The notes: generated by a model from the letters alone, not told the origin. Numbered from the stretch's first letter, positions 1-9,510 are shown. The stretch: 64,000 nt of DNA from Bacteroidaceae bacterium (GCA_017531985.1 JAFXJY010000019.1:1009-65008), one strand, 5' to 3'. A program made the numbers and translations.

Positions 1-800
1 TCGAGCAACTCTTTGACACCAAACATATTGAGAGCCGAACCGAAGAAAACGGGTGCGAGTTGTCCTGAGAGGTAGTCTTCAACTTCAAACTCGGGATATA
101 CACCGTCGAGCAGTTCAAGATCGGCACGCAACTTAGCAGCCTCACGTTCTCCGATGTACCCGTCCAACTCGGTACTGTTTACGTCGCTCAACTCGATACG
201 TTCGGTAACGACTTGCTTATTGGGAGTAAAGAGGTTGAGGTTTTGCTCGTACATGTTGTAGACACCCTTGAACGTAGCACCTATACCGATAGGCCAAGAG
301 AGGGGACGAACCGATATTTTGAGTTCGCTTTCGAGTTCATCGAGGATATCGAATGCATCGCGACCTTCGCGGTCGAGTTTGTTAACAAAGACGATAACGG
401 GAGTATTACGCATGCGACACACTTCCATGAGTTTTCGTGTCTGTTGCTCCACACCCTTAGCCACATCGACCACAATAATAACGCTGTCGACGGCAGTGAG
501 TGTACGGTAAGTATCTTCGGCAAAATCTTGGTGACCGGGGGTATCGAGGATGTTGATTTTATAATCGCCATAATTGAATCCCATCACCGACGTGGCCACT
601 GATATACCACGTTGTTTTTCGATTTCCATCCAGTCGCTTGTGGCGGTTTTTTTGATTTTATTAGACTTAACCGCACCTGCAATGTGAATGGCTCCACCAA
701 AGAGCAATAGCTTCTCGGTAAGGGTTGTCTTACCGGCATCGGGGTGGCTTATAATGGCAAATGTTCGTCTCTTGGAAATTTCTTCGGTCAATGTACTCAT
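1..800 (-). CDS. prfC: peptide chain release factor 3 (GTPase), N-terminal part; the 3' end lies beyond the left window edge
   Basis: My own minus-strand translation from the ATG at 800-798 gives [52 protein letters not shown]. It has G1/G3/G4 GTPase boxes and is colinear with E. coli RF3 as I remember it. It is missing from the ORF track because it is open at the edge. Confidence 0.9.
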   Translation of the reverse strand, partial: MSTLTEEISKRRTFAIISHPDAGKTTLTEKLLLFGGAIHIAGAVKSNKIKKTATSDWMEIEKQRGISVATSVMGFNYGDYKINILDTPGHQDFAEDTYRTLTAVDSVIIVVDVAKGVEQQTRKLMEVCRMRNTPVIVFVNKLDREGRDAFDILDELESELKISVRPLSWPIGIGATFKGVYNMYEQNLNLFTPNKQVVTERIELSDVNSTELDGYIGEREAAKLRADLELLDGVYPEFEVEDYLSGQLAPVFFGSALNMFGVKELL

Positions 801-834
801 AGGGGTATAATGTTGTAATGTTGTATTGTTTTAA

Positions 835-864
835 GGGAACTTCTATAAGCTCCACAGATTAATT
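835..864 (+). repeat. copy a of a recurring ~30-nt intergenic motif (GGGAAyTTCTATAAATTCCACAGAT)
   Basis: Sequence is gggaacttctataagctccacagattaatt. It lies between the DUF4924 stop (902) and the prfC start (800). It shares a CTATAAnyTCCACAGAT core with copies at 11486, 50591(rc), 52269 and 55385. Confidence 0.6.
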
Positions 865-901
865 CGGTTGTTAGGTGAAACACTCTTTTATGGAAGTTTC
901 C

Positions 902-1447
902 TTAAAGTTCGAGTTCACCGGCTTTATCTTGATGATATTTTTCGGTGAGTATAGCCATGAAGTCGGTAATATCTTTCACAGCTTTAAGCGTATCTTGGCT
1001 TACGTCGTGGTGTTGCAGACGCAGCATAAGAATGCCATATAGTGCATTGAAACAGGTTTCTATTTCACCTACTTGTGCCTCGGGCGACTTGGCACGCAGC
1101 TCGACGATATAGGGCAACACCTTGTAGAATGCAGCTGTGTAGAAAGGTTCACGCGGCGATTTGAGCAGTCGTAAATGCAGATCAGTGAGGTCAATGATGA
1201 CGTTCTTGTTGAGCTGTATGTGACCTTTTTCGACAACACCTTCGCTACGCATCATGTCTACCAGACTTTCGTACCACTCGAACAACATCTTACGTTGCTC
1301 GTCGGTAATATCGGTATAAGCATCGACTATGTCGGTGCTTATACGGTCGATGTCGAGGTTGTAGGCTCGTATAATATCTTCAATCTGCCACATGTAGAGC
1401 AGATACTCGGCAATGTTTTCTTTTTTCTTTACGCTGGCTGTAAACAT
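902..1447 (-). CDS. DUF4924 family protein (Bacteroidota-conserved, function unknown)
   Basis: From ORF 902..1522. I prefer the internal ATG at 1447 (MFTASVKKKENIAEYLLYMWQIEDIIRA...), whose N-terminus looks like DUF4924 as I recall it. The 25 upstream codons look like read-through. Confidence 0.7.
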   Translation of the reverse strand: MFTASVKKKENIAEYLLYMWQIEDIIRAYNLDIDRISTDIVDAYTDITDEQRKMLFEWYESLVDMMRSEGVVEKGHIQLNKNVIIDLTDLHLRLLKSPREPFYTAAFYKVLPYIVELRAKSPEAQVGEIETCFNALYGILMLRLQHHDVSQDTLKAVKDITDFMAILTEKYHQDKAGELEL

Positions 1448-1585
1448 CTTATAGGTGGGTGGAAGGGATAAATAACCACAAATTATTAAATTGCAACAGG
1501 AATGTATAACAAACTGAGACATCGGCAGTCGTTCAATTTATCGAAGTTCCTGTAAAAGCGAGTACAAAGGTAATATAAATTTTCT

Positions 1586-1593
1586 TACCTTTG
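1586..1593 (+). promoter_or_regulatory. Bacteroides-type -7 promoter box (TAnnTTTG)
   Basis: TACCTTTG lies 25 nt upstream of the ATG at 1618 and matches the published Bacteroides sigma-A -7 consensus. Confidence 0.45.
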
Positions 1594-1617
1594 CACACAA
1601 CTAACAAGATAAGCGTG

Positions 1618-2178
1618 ATGAAGAACCTATACTTGCAACTTTTCACGACATTTATGAAGATAGGAGCATTTACCTTCGGCGGCGGATGGGCTATGATACC
1701 TCTGATAGAGCGGGAGGTAGTAGATAGGCATCGGTGGATAAGCCGGGAGGAATTTCTCGATGAACTGGCGGTGGCACAATCGTTGCCGGGTATATTGGCT
1801 GTGAATGTGGCAGTGCTTGTGGGCAACAAATTGCGAGGTGTGAAAGGGAGCTTGTGGGCAGCCACAGGGACTATCCTACCCTCCTTTGTCATGATATTGA
1901 TGATAGCGATGTTCTTTACCAACATATACGATAACGAAGCGGTGGCCAGTATCTTTAAGGGAATACGTCCGGCTGTTGTGGCTCTGATTATCGTACCAGT
2001 ACTCAGCACTGCCAAGAGTGCCAAACTCAACCGATATACATTTGTTATACCCATAGTGGTCGCTTTGGCTATATGGATGTGCGGAGTGTCGCCCATCTAT
2101 TGTATTATAGCCGGTGCTGTGGGTGGATATTTGTATTATGTGGTGTCGCAACATCGCACGAAAGGAGGTGACGCATGA
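1618..2178 (+). CDS. chromate transporter (CHR) family protein, first of a short-chain pair
   Basis: MKNLYLQLFTTFMKIGAFTFGGGWAMIPLIEREVV.. shows the CHR signature FGGG and hydrophobic helices. The ATG at 1618 is preferred over the TTG at 1591. Confidence 0.8.
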   Translation: MKNLYLQLFTTFMKIGAFTFGGGWAMIPLIEREVVDRHRWISREEFLDELAVAQSLPGILAVNVAVLVGNKLRGVKGSLWAATGTILPSFVMILMIAMFFTNIYDNEAVASIFKGIRPAVVALIIVPVLSTAKSAKLNRYTFVIPIVVALAIWMCGVSPIYCIIAGAVGGYLYYVVSQHRTKGGDA

Positions 2179-2723
2179 TGACATATCTCTCGTTGTTTTT
2201 GACCTACTTGAAAATAGGTCTGTTCGGATTTGGCGGAGGATATGCCATGCTATCGCTCATACAGCATGAAACGGTCGATGTGATACATGCCGGCTCGACG
2301 GAACCTTGGCTGACACCTACCGAGTTTACCGATATTGTTGCCATCTCGCAGATGACACCGGGTCCGATAGGAATCAACAGTGCTACATACATAGGATACA
2401 CCGTAACGGGTAGCGTGTGGGGGTCGATAGTGGCAACAATAGCCGTGTGCCTGCCTTCGTTCTTATTGGTACTGCTTGTGAGCCGACTGATACTGCAACA
2501 CAAGGAGAATCCTATCATCAAGAGTGTGTTTAAAGGACTGCGACCTGTCGTTGTGGGACTGATAGCCTCTGCAGCATTGCTACTGATGAATAGTGAGAAT
2601 TTTACCGACCACACATATAGTATAGCCATCTGTCTGCTATCGCTGGCACTGGCCTACTTTACTAAGTTACATCCTATATTTATCATTCTTCTTGCCGGTG
2701 TGGCAGGATATATCATTTACTGA
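2175..2723 (+). CDS. chromate transporter (CHR) family protein, second of the pair
   Basis: MMTYLSLFLTYLKIGLFGFGGGYAMLSLIQHE.. There is an ATGA overlap with the upstream paralogue. Confidence 0.8.
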   Translation: MMTYLSLFLTYLKIGLFGFGGGYAMLSLIQHETVDVIHAGSTEPWLTPTEFTDIVAISQMTPGPIGINSATYIGYTVTGSVWGSIVATIAVCLPSFLLVLLVSRLILQHKENPIIKSVFKGLRPVVVGLIASAALLLMNSENFTDHTYSIAICLLSLALAYFTKLHPIFIILLAGVAGYIIY

Positions 2724-2724
2724 G

Positions 2725-4005
2725 ATGAAAAGTTACGAATGTTTAATCGAAGAGTTATATAATCGCTTCCCGGCCTTTCAGCAAGTGGGAGCAGGTGCAT
2801 ATAAACCGGGGTTGGAGAATGCCGAGGCATTAGATGCATACTTCGGACATCCACATCGTCAATACCACACGATACATGTGGGAGGTACCAATGGAAAAGG
2901 CTCGACCTCGCACACGCTGGCTGCAATTCTTACCGCAAGTGGTTATCGTGTAGGTCTCTACACATCGCCTCACTTGGCCGACTTTCGCGAACGCATTCGC
3001 ATTGACGGCAAGATGATACCCAAGGATGTAGTGGAGCGATTTCTGCGAGAGTATAGCGATGATGCTCTCTCGTTCCGTCCTTCATTCTTCGAGTTGACCA
3101 CGTTCATGGCTATGCAATATTTTGCCCAAGAGAAGGTCGATGTTGCAGTAATAGAGGTGGGGTTAGGCGGTCGATTGGACACAACAAATGTTATCACCCC
3201 CGACCTAAGTATCATAACCAATATCAGCCATGACCATGTTGCGTTACTGGGCGATAACCTCAGTGATATTGCACGGGAGAAGTCCGGTATCATCAAAGAG
3301 GGCATCCCGGTAGTGATAGGTGAAGCAGAGGGAGATGTGAAAGAAGTCTTTATGCAACGAGCCAAAGAGGTGAACGCACCCATCAGTTTTGCACAAGAGA
3401 GCAATACCATGACGGCTGCCGAGCCGTCGGGTAGCGGATGGATGTATAGAGGAACCATCGTTGGCGATGTGTGGGGAGAACTGGGAGGTTTGTGCCAAGA
3501 GAAGAACGCCGCCACAATACTCACTGCGGTTGTCGAGTTGCGACGGATGGGTTATACTATCGGTGATGAGGCTATATGTGAAGGATTTGCCCATGTTACA
3601 ACCAAGACCGGACTGCAAGGACGCTGGCAGAAGTTGTGCGAACGTCCGCTTATGATATGCGATACGGGACATAACATAGGAGGAATGGAATATATAGCTC
3701 GACAACTCAATAGCACACCATGCCATGCATTGCACATTGTTATAGGTATGGTTAACGACAAGGATATATCGGGAGTAATAGCCTTGCTGCCTCGTCATGC
3801 TCACTATTATTTCACACAAGCCTCAGTAGCCCGAGCATTGCCCGCACAAGAGGTGGCCGCCATAGCTGCACAACACGGACTGCAAGGCACGACTTACCCT
3901 ACCGTGCAGCAAGCAATTACAGCAGCAAAAGATGCAGCACAAGATGATGACTTTATCTTTATTGGTGGCAGCACATTTGTTGTAGCCGATGCGTTGAAAG
4001 GATAG
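2725..4005 (+). CDS. folC: bifunctional folylpolyglutamate synthase / dihydrofolate synthase
   Basis: MKSYECLIEELYNRFPAFQQVG..HVGGTNGKGSTSH carries the Mur-ligase P-loop. The length is about 426 aa from the ATG at 2725. Confidence 0.85.
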   Translation: MKSYECLIEELYNRFPAFQQVGAGAYKPGLENAEALDAYFGHPHRQYHTIHVGGTNGKGSTSHTLAAILTASGYRVGLYTSPHLADFRERIRIDGKMIPKDVVERFLREYSDDALSFRPSFFELTTFMAMQYFAQEKVDVAVIEVGLGGRLDTTNVITPDLSIITNISHDHVALLGDNLSDIAREKSGIIKEGIPVVIGEAEGDVKEVFMQRAKEVNAPISFAQESNTMTAAEPSGSGWMYRGTIVGDVWGELGGLCQEKNAATILTAVVELRRMGYTIGDEAICEGFAHVTTKTGLQGRWQKLCERPLMICDTGHNIGGMEYIARQLNSTPCHALHIVIGMVNDKDISGVIALLPRHAHYYFTQASVARALPAQEVAAIAAQHGLQGTTYPTVQQAITAAKDAAQDDDFIFIGGSTFVVADALKG

Positions 4006-4123
4006 CATCATTTGGTTAAACAATGGAATAATCGCTCATTATTCATCGACACTATCATTATAGTGATTAATTGGATATTCAATATATACAAGGGGTTGTG
4101 ATTACCTGAAATATTGCTCGACG

Positions 4124-4155
4124 AAAAAAAGAGTTGCGATTGCAACTCTTTTTTT
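4124..4155. terminator. bidirectional intrinsic terminator between convergent folC and the CoA-transferase gene
   Basis: aaaaaaa-GAGTTGC-gatt-GCAACTC-ttttttt: a 7-bp GC-containing stem flanked by an A-run and a T-run. Confidence 0.75.
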
Positions 4156-4173
4156 AATACTATGTGTAACATT

Positions 4174-5487
4174 TTACTTAATGCGGAGGAAACTGAGTCC
4201 GAAGCGTTCGCAAGCGGCACGTTCGAGTTCTTCGCGAGCAGAAGGCTCGGCGATGCGAATAAGTTCCTTGGCACGTTGAGCAAGGTCTTTGCCTCGTAAG
4301 TAGGCAATACCATACTCGGTAACGATGTATTGTGCTTGGGCTCTTGTTGTTACAACACCGGCACCGGGCTTGAGCGTGGGTACAATCTTTGATACACCTT
4401 TGCCCGAGGCAGCAAGCATAGCGATAAATGTTTTACCGCCTTCCGATAGCGAGCCTCCATACATGAAGTCGTGTTGTCCGCCTACACCCGAGAACATGCG
4501 AGTACCTATCGAGTCGGCACATATCTGACCTGTAAGGTCTATTTCGAGAGCCGAGTTGATGGCCATCACCTTGGGATTCTGCATGATGCGGAAGGGGAAA
4601 TTAGACCAAGCAACGTCTTTGATAATGATGTCCTCGTTGTAGTTCATGTAGTCGTAGAGACGCTGTGAACCGAGTGCAAGTGAAGCGAGCGACTTGCCGG
4701 GCAGGACAGTTTTCTGACTGTTGTTGATGACACCACTTTGCAGCAAAGGCACTACACCATCGGTCATGGCTTCGGTGTGAAGTCCGAGGTTTTTGTGCGA
4801 TGTGAGAGCAGTCAACACCGCATTGGGGATGCCACCTACACCTATCTGCAAGGTTGCTCCATCGGGAATTTGCTCGGCAATGTAACGTCCTATCTGTTGT
4901 TCCTTTTCGTTAGGAACAGCGATGGGAAGTGCTACAAGGGGTTCATCAACCTCAACACATGCATCAATCTTAGATATGTGAATGAGGGCATCGCCATAAG
5001 AGTATGGCATCTGCTTGTTGACTTGGGCAATGATTACCTTGGAGCATTCTACTGCCGATACGGTAAGGTCGGCCGAGACTCCGTAGCTGCAATATCCGTC
5101 CTTGTCGGGGAGCGAAACATTGAGGAATGTCACGTCGAGAGGTATGAGACCCTGACGGAAGAACTCGGGTATTTCGCCCAAGAAACCGGGGATACACTGT
5201 CCTTCACCGCGTGCTATCGAGTCGCGAACGCTGTTGGCAATGAACAAACTCTTGACAATGAATGAGTCGCGATACTCGGGCAAGCTGTATGGAGCGACAC
5301 CGCGTGCAACACCGAAGGCCGAGTAAACCTCGACACCGGTCAGCTCGCTGTGACGGTCGGCAAGTGCTTGGCACAGCACCTCGGGAATGGAGGTGCTGCC
5401 TTGCACATATACTTTGTCATACGATTTTACCAATTTTACCGCTTCGGCGGCAGTCATAAAACGGGCTTCTGTCATATAATTACACAT
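4174..5487 (-). CDS. acetyl-CoA hydrolase/transferase family protein (4-hydroxybutyrate / butyryl-CoA:acetate CoA-transferase-like)
   Basis: The 437-aa product contains the GVGGQHDF motif typical of this CoA-transferase family. There are two candidate starts: the ATG at 5487 overlapping the upstream stop as TAATG, or the ATG at 5475 (MTEARF..). Confidence 0.8.
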   Translation of the reverse strand: MCNYMTEARFMTAAEAVKLVKSYDKVYVQGSTSIPEVLCQALADRHSELTGVEVYSAFGVARGVAPYSLPEYRDSFIVKSLFIANSVRDSIARGEGQCIPGFLGEIPEFFRQGLIPLDVTFLNVSLPDKDGYCSYGVSADLTVSAVECSKVIIAQVNKQMPYSYGDALIHISKIDACVEVDEPLVALPIAVPNEKEQQIGRYIAEQIPDGATLQIGVGGIPNAVLTALTSHKNLGLHTEAMTDGVVPLLQSGVINNSQKTVLPGKSLASLALGSQRLYDYMNYNEDIIIKDVAWSNFPFRIMQNPKVMAINSALEIDLTGQICADSIGTRMFSGVGGQHDFMYGGSLSEGGKTFIAMLAASGKGVSKIVPTLKPGAGVVTTRAQAQYIVTEYGIAYLRGKDLAQRAKELIRIAEPSAREELERAACERFGLSFLRIK

Positions 5488-6794
5488 TATTTATTATTTT
5501 CATCGAAGATTTTGAGGCGATAGTCGAGTGTATCGTAATCGCTCTCGGCAACTTTCGATGTACACACTCTGATACCTTCTTGACGGCTACCGGTCGACTT
5601 CAACGAGATGGCCGATATACCATAACGCAACAACTCGGAGAGAAGTTCATCGCCGGTGAAACCTTTGCGTCCCATGGTGAAGAAGAAACCATCGCTGATG
5701 TCGGCATCCAAGTCTTTGTCGTAGACGATGTGGAAACCGTTGCGAATGAATATCTCTTTGACACGCTCGGCACGCGTGGCGTATAGGCGAGTGTCCTCAA
5801 CAAAGTTAAGAGTGCCATCGCAAGCAGCATTGTACATGGCTGCCAAGGCATGCTGTGCCGAATGGCATACGCCCGACGATAGTGCATATGTAACGATGTA
5901 AACCATGGCATCGCCTACTGTCTTCATACCCCACTCTTCGCGGAGGTAGTCGAAACTGCGTGCAGCCAACTTGTCGGACATGGCAGTAACGGCTATACGT
6001 TCACCGGCATAGCTGAATATCTTAGAGCCTGAAAGCATAAGGATATAGTTGTCGGTGTAGTGAGCTACTGAGGGTTGGTAGGGAGCTTGGAAAGGTTTAC
6101 CCTTGTCGGTGCGAACGTCCATGCAGAGGTATGCCAAGTCTTCGAGTACCACTGTGTCGTACTTGGTGGCAAGTTTGCCAATATATTCCAACTCTTTCTC
6201 AGTGAGACATACCCAAGATGGGTTGTTGGGGTTGGAGTAAATAATGGCAGCAATCTTGCCCGATGCAAGTATCGAGTCGAGTCGCTCATAGAGTTTCTCT
6301 CCACGATTGTCGTATATATCGAAGTCGACACGGTTGTAACCCAATATTTTGGCTTGGAGAGGTTGTACAGGGAAACCGGGATTGATGAAGAGGATGGTAT
6401 CGCGTTCCTTGTAGAGGTGACGACACAAGATGAATGCACCGAACACGCCCATCATAGAACCTACCGAGGGTACACATCCCGAAGGAGCTACATCGACATT
6501 GAGGAAGGCTTTGACAAAACGTGAAGCAGCATTTTTCAACTCGGGTATACCGTTGATGTCGGGATATATATTGGCGACACCGCGGTCAAGGGCAGCCTTC
6601 TGAGCTTCTACACCTACTTGACAAGCCGGGATGCCGGGGGCACCTATCTCAAAGTGGATAAATGGCTGACCGGTAGCCTCTTCAAGACGCTTTGACACGG
6701 CAACAGTCTGACGGATGGTAGCATTACCTATCTGTTGAATATTCAAGTCAGACAATATATTATCGACAACATCTTTTCTAAACGGAACTTCCAT
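5487..6794 (-). CDS. PLP-dependent aminotransferase, class I/II
   Basis: The 435-aa product has SNPNNPSW (an NPxNP-type motif) and SGSKIF (candidate PLP-lysine). Confidence 0.8.
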   Translation of the reverse strand: MEVPFRKDVVDNILSDLNIQQIGNATIRQTVAVSKRLEEATGQPFIHFEIGAPGIPACQVGVEAQKAALDRGVANIYPDINGIPELKNAASRFVKAFLNVDVAPSGCVPSVGSMMGVFGAFILCRHLYKERDTILFINPGFPVQPLQAKILGYNRVDFDIYDNRGEKLYERLDSILASGKIAAIIYSNPNNPSWVCLTEKELEYIGKLATKYDTVVLEDLAYLCMDVRTDKGKPFQAPYQPSVAHYTDNYILMLSGSKIFSYAGERIAVTAMSDKLAARSFDYLREEWGMKTVGDAMVYIVTYALSSGVCHSAQHALAAMYNAACDGTLNFVEDTRLYATRAERVKEIFIRNGFHIVYDKDLDADISDGFFFTMGRKGFTGDELLSELLRYGISAISLKSTGSRQEGIRVCTSKVAESDYDTLDYRLKIFDENNK

Positions 6795-6796
6795 GA

Positions 6797-7381
6797 TTAC
6801 TTGATGTTTTGTTGTGCATACTCACATCCGGCACGCAAGGCCTTGATGTTCATTTCTACTACATCGTCGCCTTTGCGACCAAAGATGGTGCGGATACCCT
6901 CTTCGAGTTCGGTAATGTCAATTCCCAAGAAAGGAGCTGCTGCACCTAACAGGACGATATTGGCTGCACGAGGCGAAGCTACTTGCTTGGCTATTGCATC
7001 AACATCGATGGCTATAACGTGAGGCAACTGGGCAAGAGTCTTGCTCAACTCCTCGGCATCGGGATAGTTGTCGATATTGACGAATGGAGCTGTATTGGTA
7101 ATAATCCAACCTTCCTTATCGAGATAAGGGAGATAACGCAAGGCCTCCATAGGCTCGAGCGAGATGATAAGATTGGCACCGCCAAGGGGAATGAGGTCGG
7201 AACTGATGGGGTCGGAGCTGAGACGCAGGTTAGACTGAACATCACCTCCACGTTGGCTCATACCGTGAACTTCGGCTTGTTTGATGTAAAGGCCTTTGTT
7301 GATGGCCGCTGCTCCTATGATGGTGGCGATAGAGAGGATACCTTGTCCTCCTACACCCGAAAGTACAATATCAGTACGCAT
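6797..7381 (-). CDS. iorB: indolepyruvate:ferredoxin oxidoreductase, beta subunit
   Basis: MRTDIVLSGVGGQGILSIATIIG.. from the internal ATG at 7381, about 194 aa. It lies directly downstream of iorA with a 4-nt gap. Confidence 0.85.
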   Translation of the reverse strand: MRTDIVLSGVGGQGILSIATIIGAAAINKGLYIKQAEVHGMSQRGGDVQSNLRLSSDPISSDLIPLGGANLIISLEPMEALRYLPYLDKEGWIITNTAPFVNIDNYPDAEELSKTLAQLPHVIAIDVDAIAKQVASPRAANIVLLGAAAPFLGIDITELEEGIRTIFGRKGDDVVEMNIKALRAGCEYAQQNIK

Positions 7382-7385
7382 AAGA

Positions 7386-8978
7386 TTAAGATTTTTTATT
7401 GTGACGTCTTGCTGTTTGAATACACTCTCTGCGAGGGATGATGACAGAAACACCGTGATAAGCGAACTCTTCGCGGATGATTTGTTTCATTTCCTCTTTG
7501 TTCTTTGCCAAAGGCACTACTACGCGGATGTGTGCGGGATCGACACCTATACCTTGGCATATTTGTTCGAGACGACCTGTACCAGCCGAGTCTTGTCCAC
7601 CGGTCATACCTGTGGTAAGATTGTCGGAAATGATAACTGTAATGTCGGCATTTTCATTAACTGCATCGAGCAATCCTGTCATACCCGAGTGGGTGAAAGT
7701 AGAGTCGCCAATAACAGCTACGGCAGGATATTGACCCGAGTCGGATGCACCCTTGGCCATTGTGATAGAAGCACCCATGTCGACTACCGAGTGGATGGCA
7801 CGATAGGGAGGCAAGAAGCCGAGTGTGTAGCAACCTATATCGCTGAATACGCGAGTATTTTCGAACTCGGCAGCCACTTCGTTGAGAGCGGTGTACATAT
7901 CGCGGTGTCCGCAACCTTGGCACAATGCAGGTGGACGAGGTACTACAAGTGGCGAAGGCTCGAATACTTGTGCATCGTCTATACCGAGAGCTTTGCGAAT
8001 GTTGTCGGGAGTAAGCTCACCTGTACGGGGTACGTCGCCTGAGAGACGACCACATATCTCGATGTTGTCGTTCTTGATTACGCCACGCAATTGTTCTTCG
8101 ATAAAGGGTTGACCGTCTTCGAGTACCAAAATCTTGTCGCAACGTTGAGCCAAATCGTTGATTTGTGTCAAAGGCAGAGGATATTGCGAAACTTTAAGTA
8201 CGTTGAATGGAGCTCCTGCGGGGAAGTGTTCCATCAAATAGTTGTAGGCAATACCTGATGCAACGATACCCATGCGATGCTCGGTGGTAGTGAAGATGTT
8301 GTGCTTGGATTCTTCGGCTTCACGAACGAAATCTTTCTGGCGTTCCACCAACTCGGCATTGCGAACACGAGCCACAGCGGGCATCAATACCCATTGACGG
8401 GGATTGGAGGGATAAGAGATGGGATTCGGCTCTCGGATGGCACCAACTTTTACAACGGCACGAGAGTGAGCCAAGCGAGTAACGACGCGGAACAAAACGG
8501 GAATTTTGTAACGTTCGGATAACTCAAAGGCCTCGCCTATCATGTCGTATGCCTCTTGTTGTGTCGATGGCTCGAAGATGGGAACCATGGCAAACTTACC
8601 GTAGAAACGCGAATCTTGCTCGTTCTGCGAAGAGTGCATCGAGGGGTCATCGGCGGCAACGATAACGAGACCACCGTTGGTACCAGTCATTGCCGAGTTG
8701 ACAAAGGCATCGGCTGCGACATTCATACCCACATGTTTCATACACACTAAGGCACGCTTACCCATGTAAGACATACCCAAAGCGGCTTCCATTGCAGTCT
8801 TTTCGTTGGTCGACCAACGGCAGTGAATACCACGCTCGGCTGCCAATGCATTGCCTTGAATAAACTCAGTAATTTCGGTTGAAGGCGTACCGGGATAGGC
8901 ATAAACGCCCGATAATCCGGCATGAATTGCTCCCAAGGCAATAGCCTCGTCGCCTAATAGTAACTTGGTGTTTTCCAT
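7386..8978 (-). CDS. iorA: indolepyruvate:ferredoxin oxidoreductase, alpha subunit (TPP-binding)
   Basis: MENTKLLLGDEAIALGAIHAGLSGVYAYPGTPSTEI.., with a CQGCGH cysteine motif and a GDSTFTHSG TPP-type motif. The ATG at 8978 is preferred over the GTG at 9011. Confidence 0.85.
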   Translation of the reverse strand: MENTKLLLGDEAIALGAIHAGLSGVYAYPGTPSTEITEFIQGNALAAERGIHCRWSTNEKTAMEAALGMSYMGKRALVCMKHVGMNVAADAFVNSAMTGTNGGLVIVAADDPSMHSSQNEQDSRFYGKFAMVPIFEPSTQQEAYDMIGEAFELSERYKIPVLFRVVTRLAHSRAVVKVGAIREPNPISYPSNPRQWVLMPAVARVRNAELVERQKDFVREAEESKHNIFTTTEHRMGIVASGIAYNYLMEHFPAGAPFNVLKVSQYPLPLTQINDLAQRCDKILVLEDGQPFIEEQLRGVIKNDNIEICGRLSGDVPRTGELTPDNIRKALGIDDAQVFEPSPLVVPRPPALCQGCGHRDMYTALNEVAAEFENTRVFSDIGCYTLGFLPPYRAIHSVVDMGASITMAKGASDSGQYPAVAVIGDSTFTHSGMTGLLDAVNENADITVIISDNLTTGMTGGQDSAGTGRLEQICQGIGVDPAHIRVVVPLAKNKEEMKQIIREEFAYHGVSVIIPRRECIQTARRHNKKS

Positions 8979-9010
8979 ATTAAAAATTATCTTGTTTTTT
9001 GAGTCGTTCA

Positions 9011-9018
9011 CAAATGTA
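9011..9018 (-). promoter_or_regulatory. Bacteroides-type -7 box for the ior operon
   Basis: The minus strand reads TACATTTG, about 33 nt upstream of the iorA ATG. Confidence 0.45.
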
Positions 9019-9207
9019 GCAATAATTTTGCCAACGACAATGAAATATCGCGAGAACTTTTTACAAAAGTTGATTTAATGTCCATTTTTTGCTTTATGTG
9101 AAGATTATGTATTGACTAAATTTCTGAAAAAAAATTGTAATCCTTCATACAAGATAATAATATATAGTGTACTTTTGCCACTAATAATTTTAAAAAGTTT
9201 TTCTACT

Positions 9208-9384
9208 ATGACAATACCACAAGATCCGTTTATACTATTGAGTTACATCAACACTCAGTTACGAGACAATTATGCATCGTTGGACGAGCTGTGCGACAGT
9301 CTCGGTGTGGAACGAGCTGCTCTGGAACAGAAATTAAAGAGTGCGGGATTTGATTATTTAGAGGAAATCAATCAATTTCGCTAA
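9208..9384 (+). CDS. DUF4250 domain-containing small protein
   Basis: MTIPQDPFILLSYINTQLRDNYASLDELCDSLGVERAALEQKLKSAGFDYLEEINQFR (58 aa). The internal ATG at 9208 is preferred. Confidence 0.7.
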   Translation: MTIPQDPFILLSYINTQLRDNYASLDELCDSLGVERAALEQKLKSAGFDYLEEINQFR

Positions 9385-9510
9385 CAGAGAAATATTTCAG
9401 TAATAGACCATTCGACTGAACGGTTGTTGACTCCGAGCTTCACTTCCGATGAATGCCTCACAATAAAGCGACCGTAATTGTATAGTATAAAATGATTTAC
9501 GAAACAGAAG

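Noticed and set aside
902-1522. N-terminal extensions in the ORF track. Examples: 902-1522, 6797-7453, 7386-9011, 9112-9384, 17984-19090, 19365-20699, 24571-26439, 40808-41599, 41565-42803.
   Set aside because: The extensions start at non-ATG or far-upstream codons and overlap the preceding gene or promoter box. They also precede an internal ATG that yields the family-typical N-terminus. I used the internal starts.
1618-2723. Two adjacent half-size chromate-transporter genes, considered as a frameshifted pseudogene.
   Set aside because: Each half begins with its own ..G.FGFGGG.. signature and the two are joined by an ATGA overlap. This is the normal paired short-chain CHR arrangement rather than a disrupted long-chain chrA.
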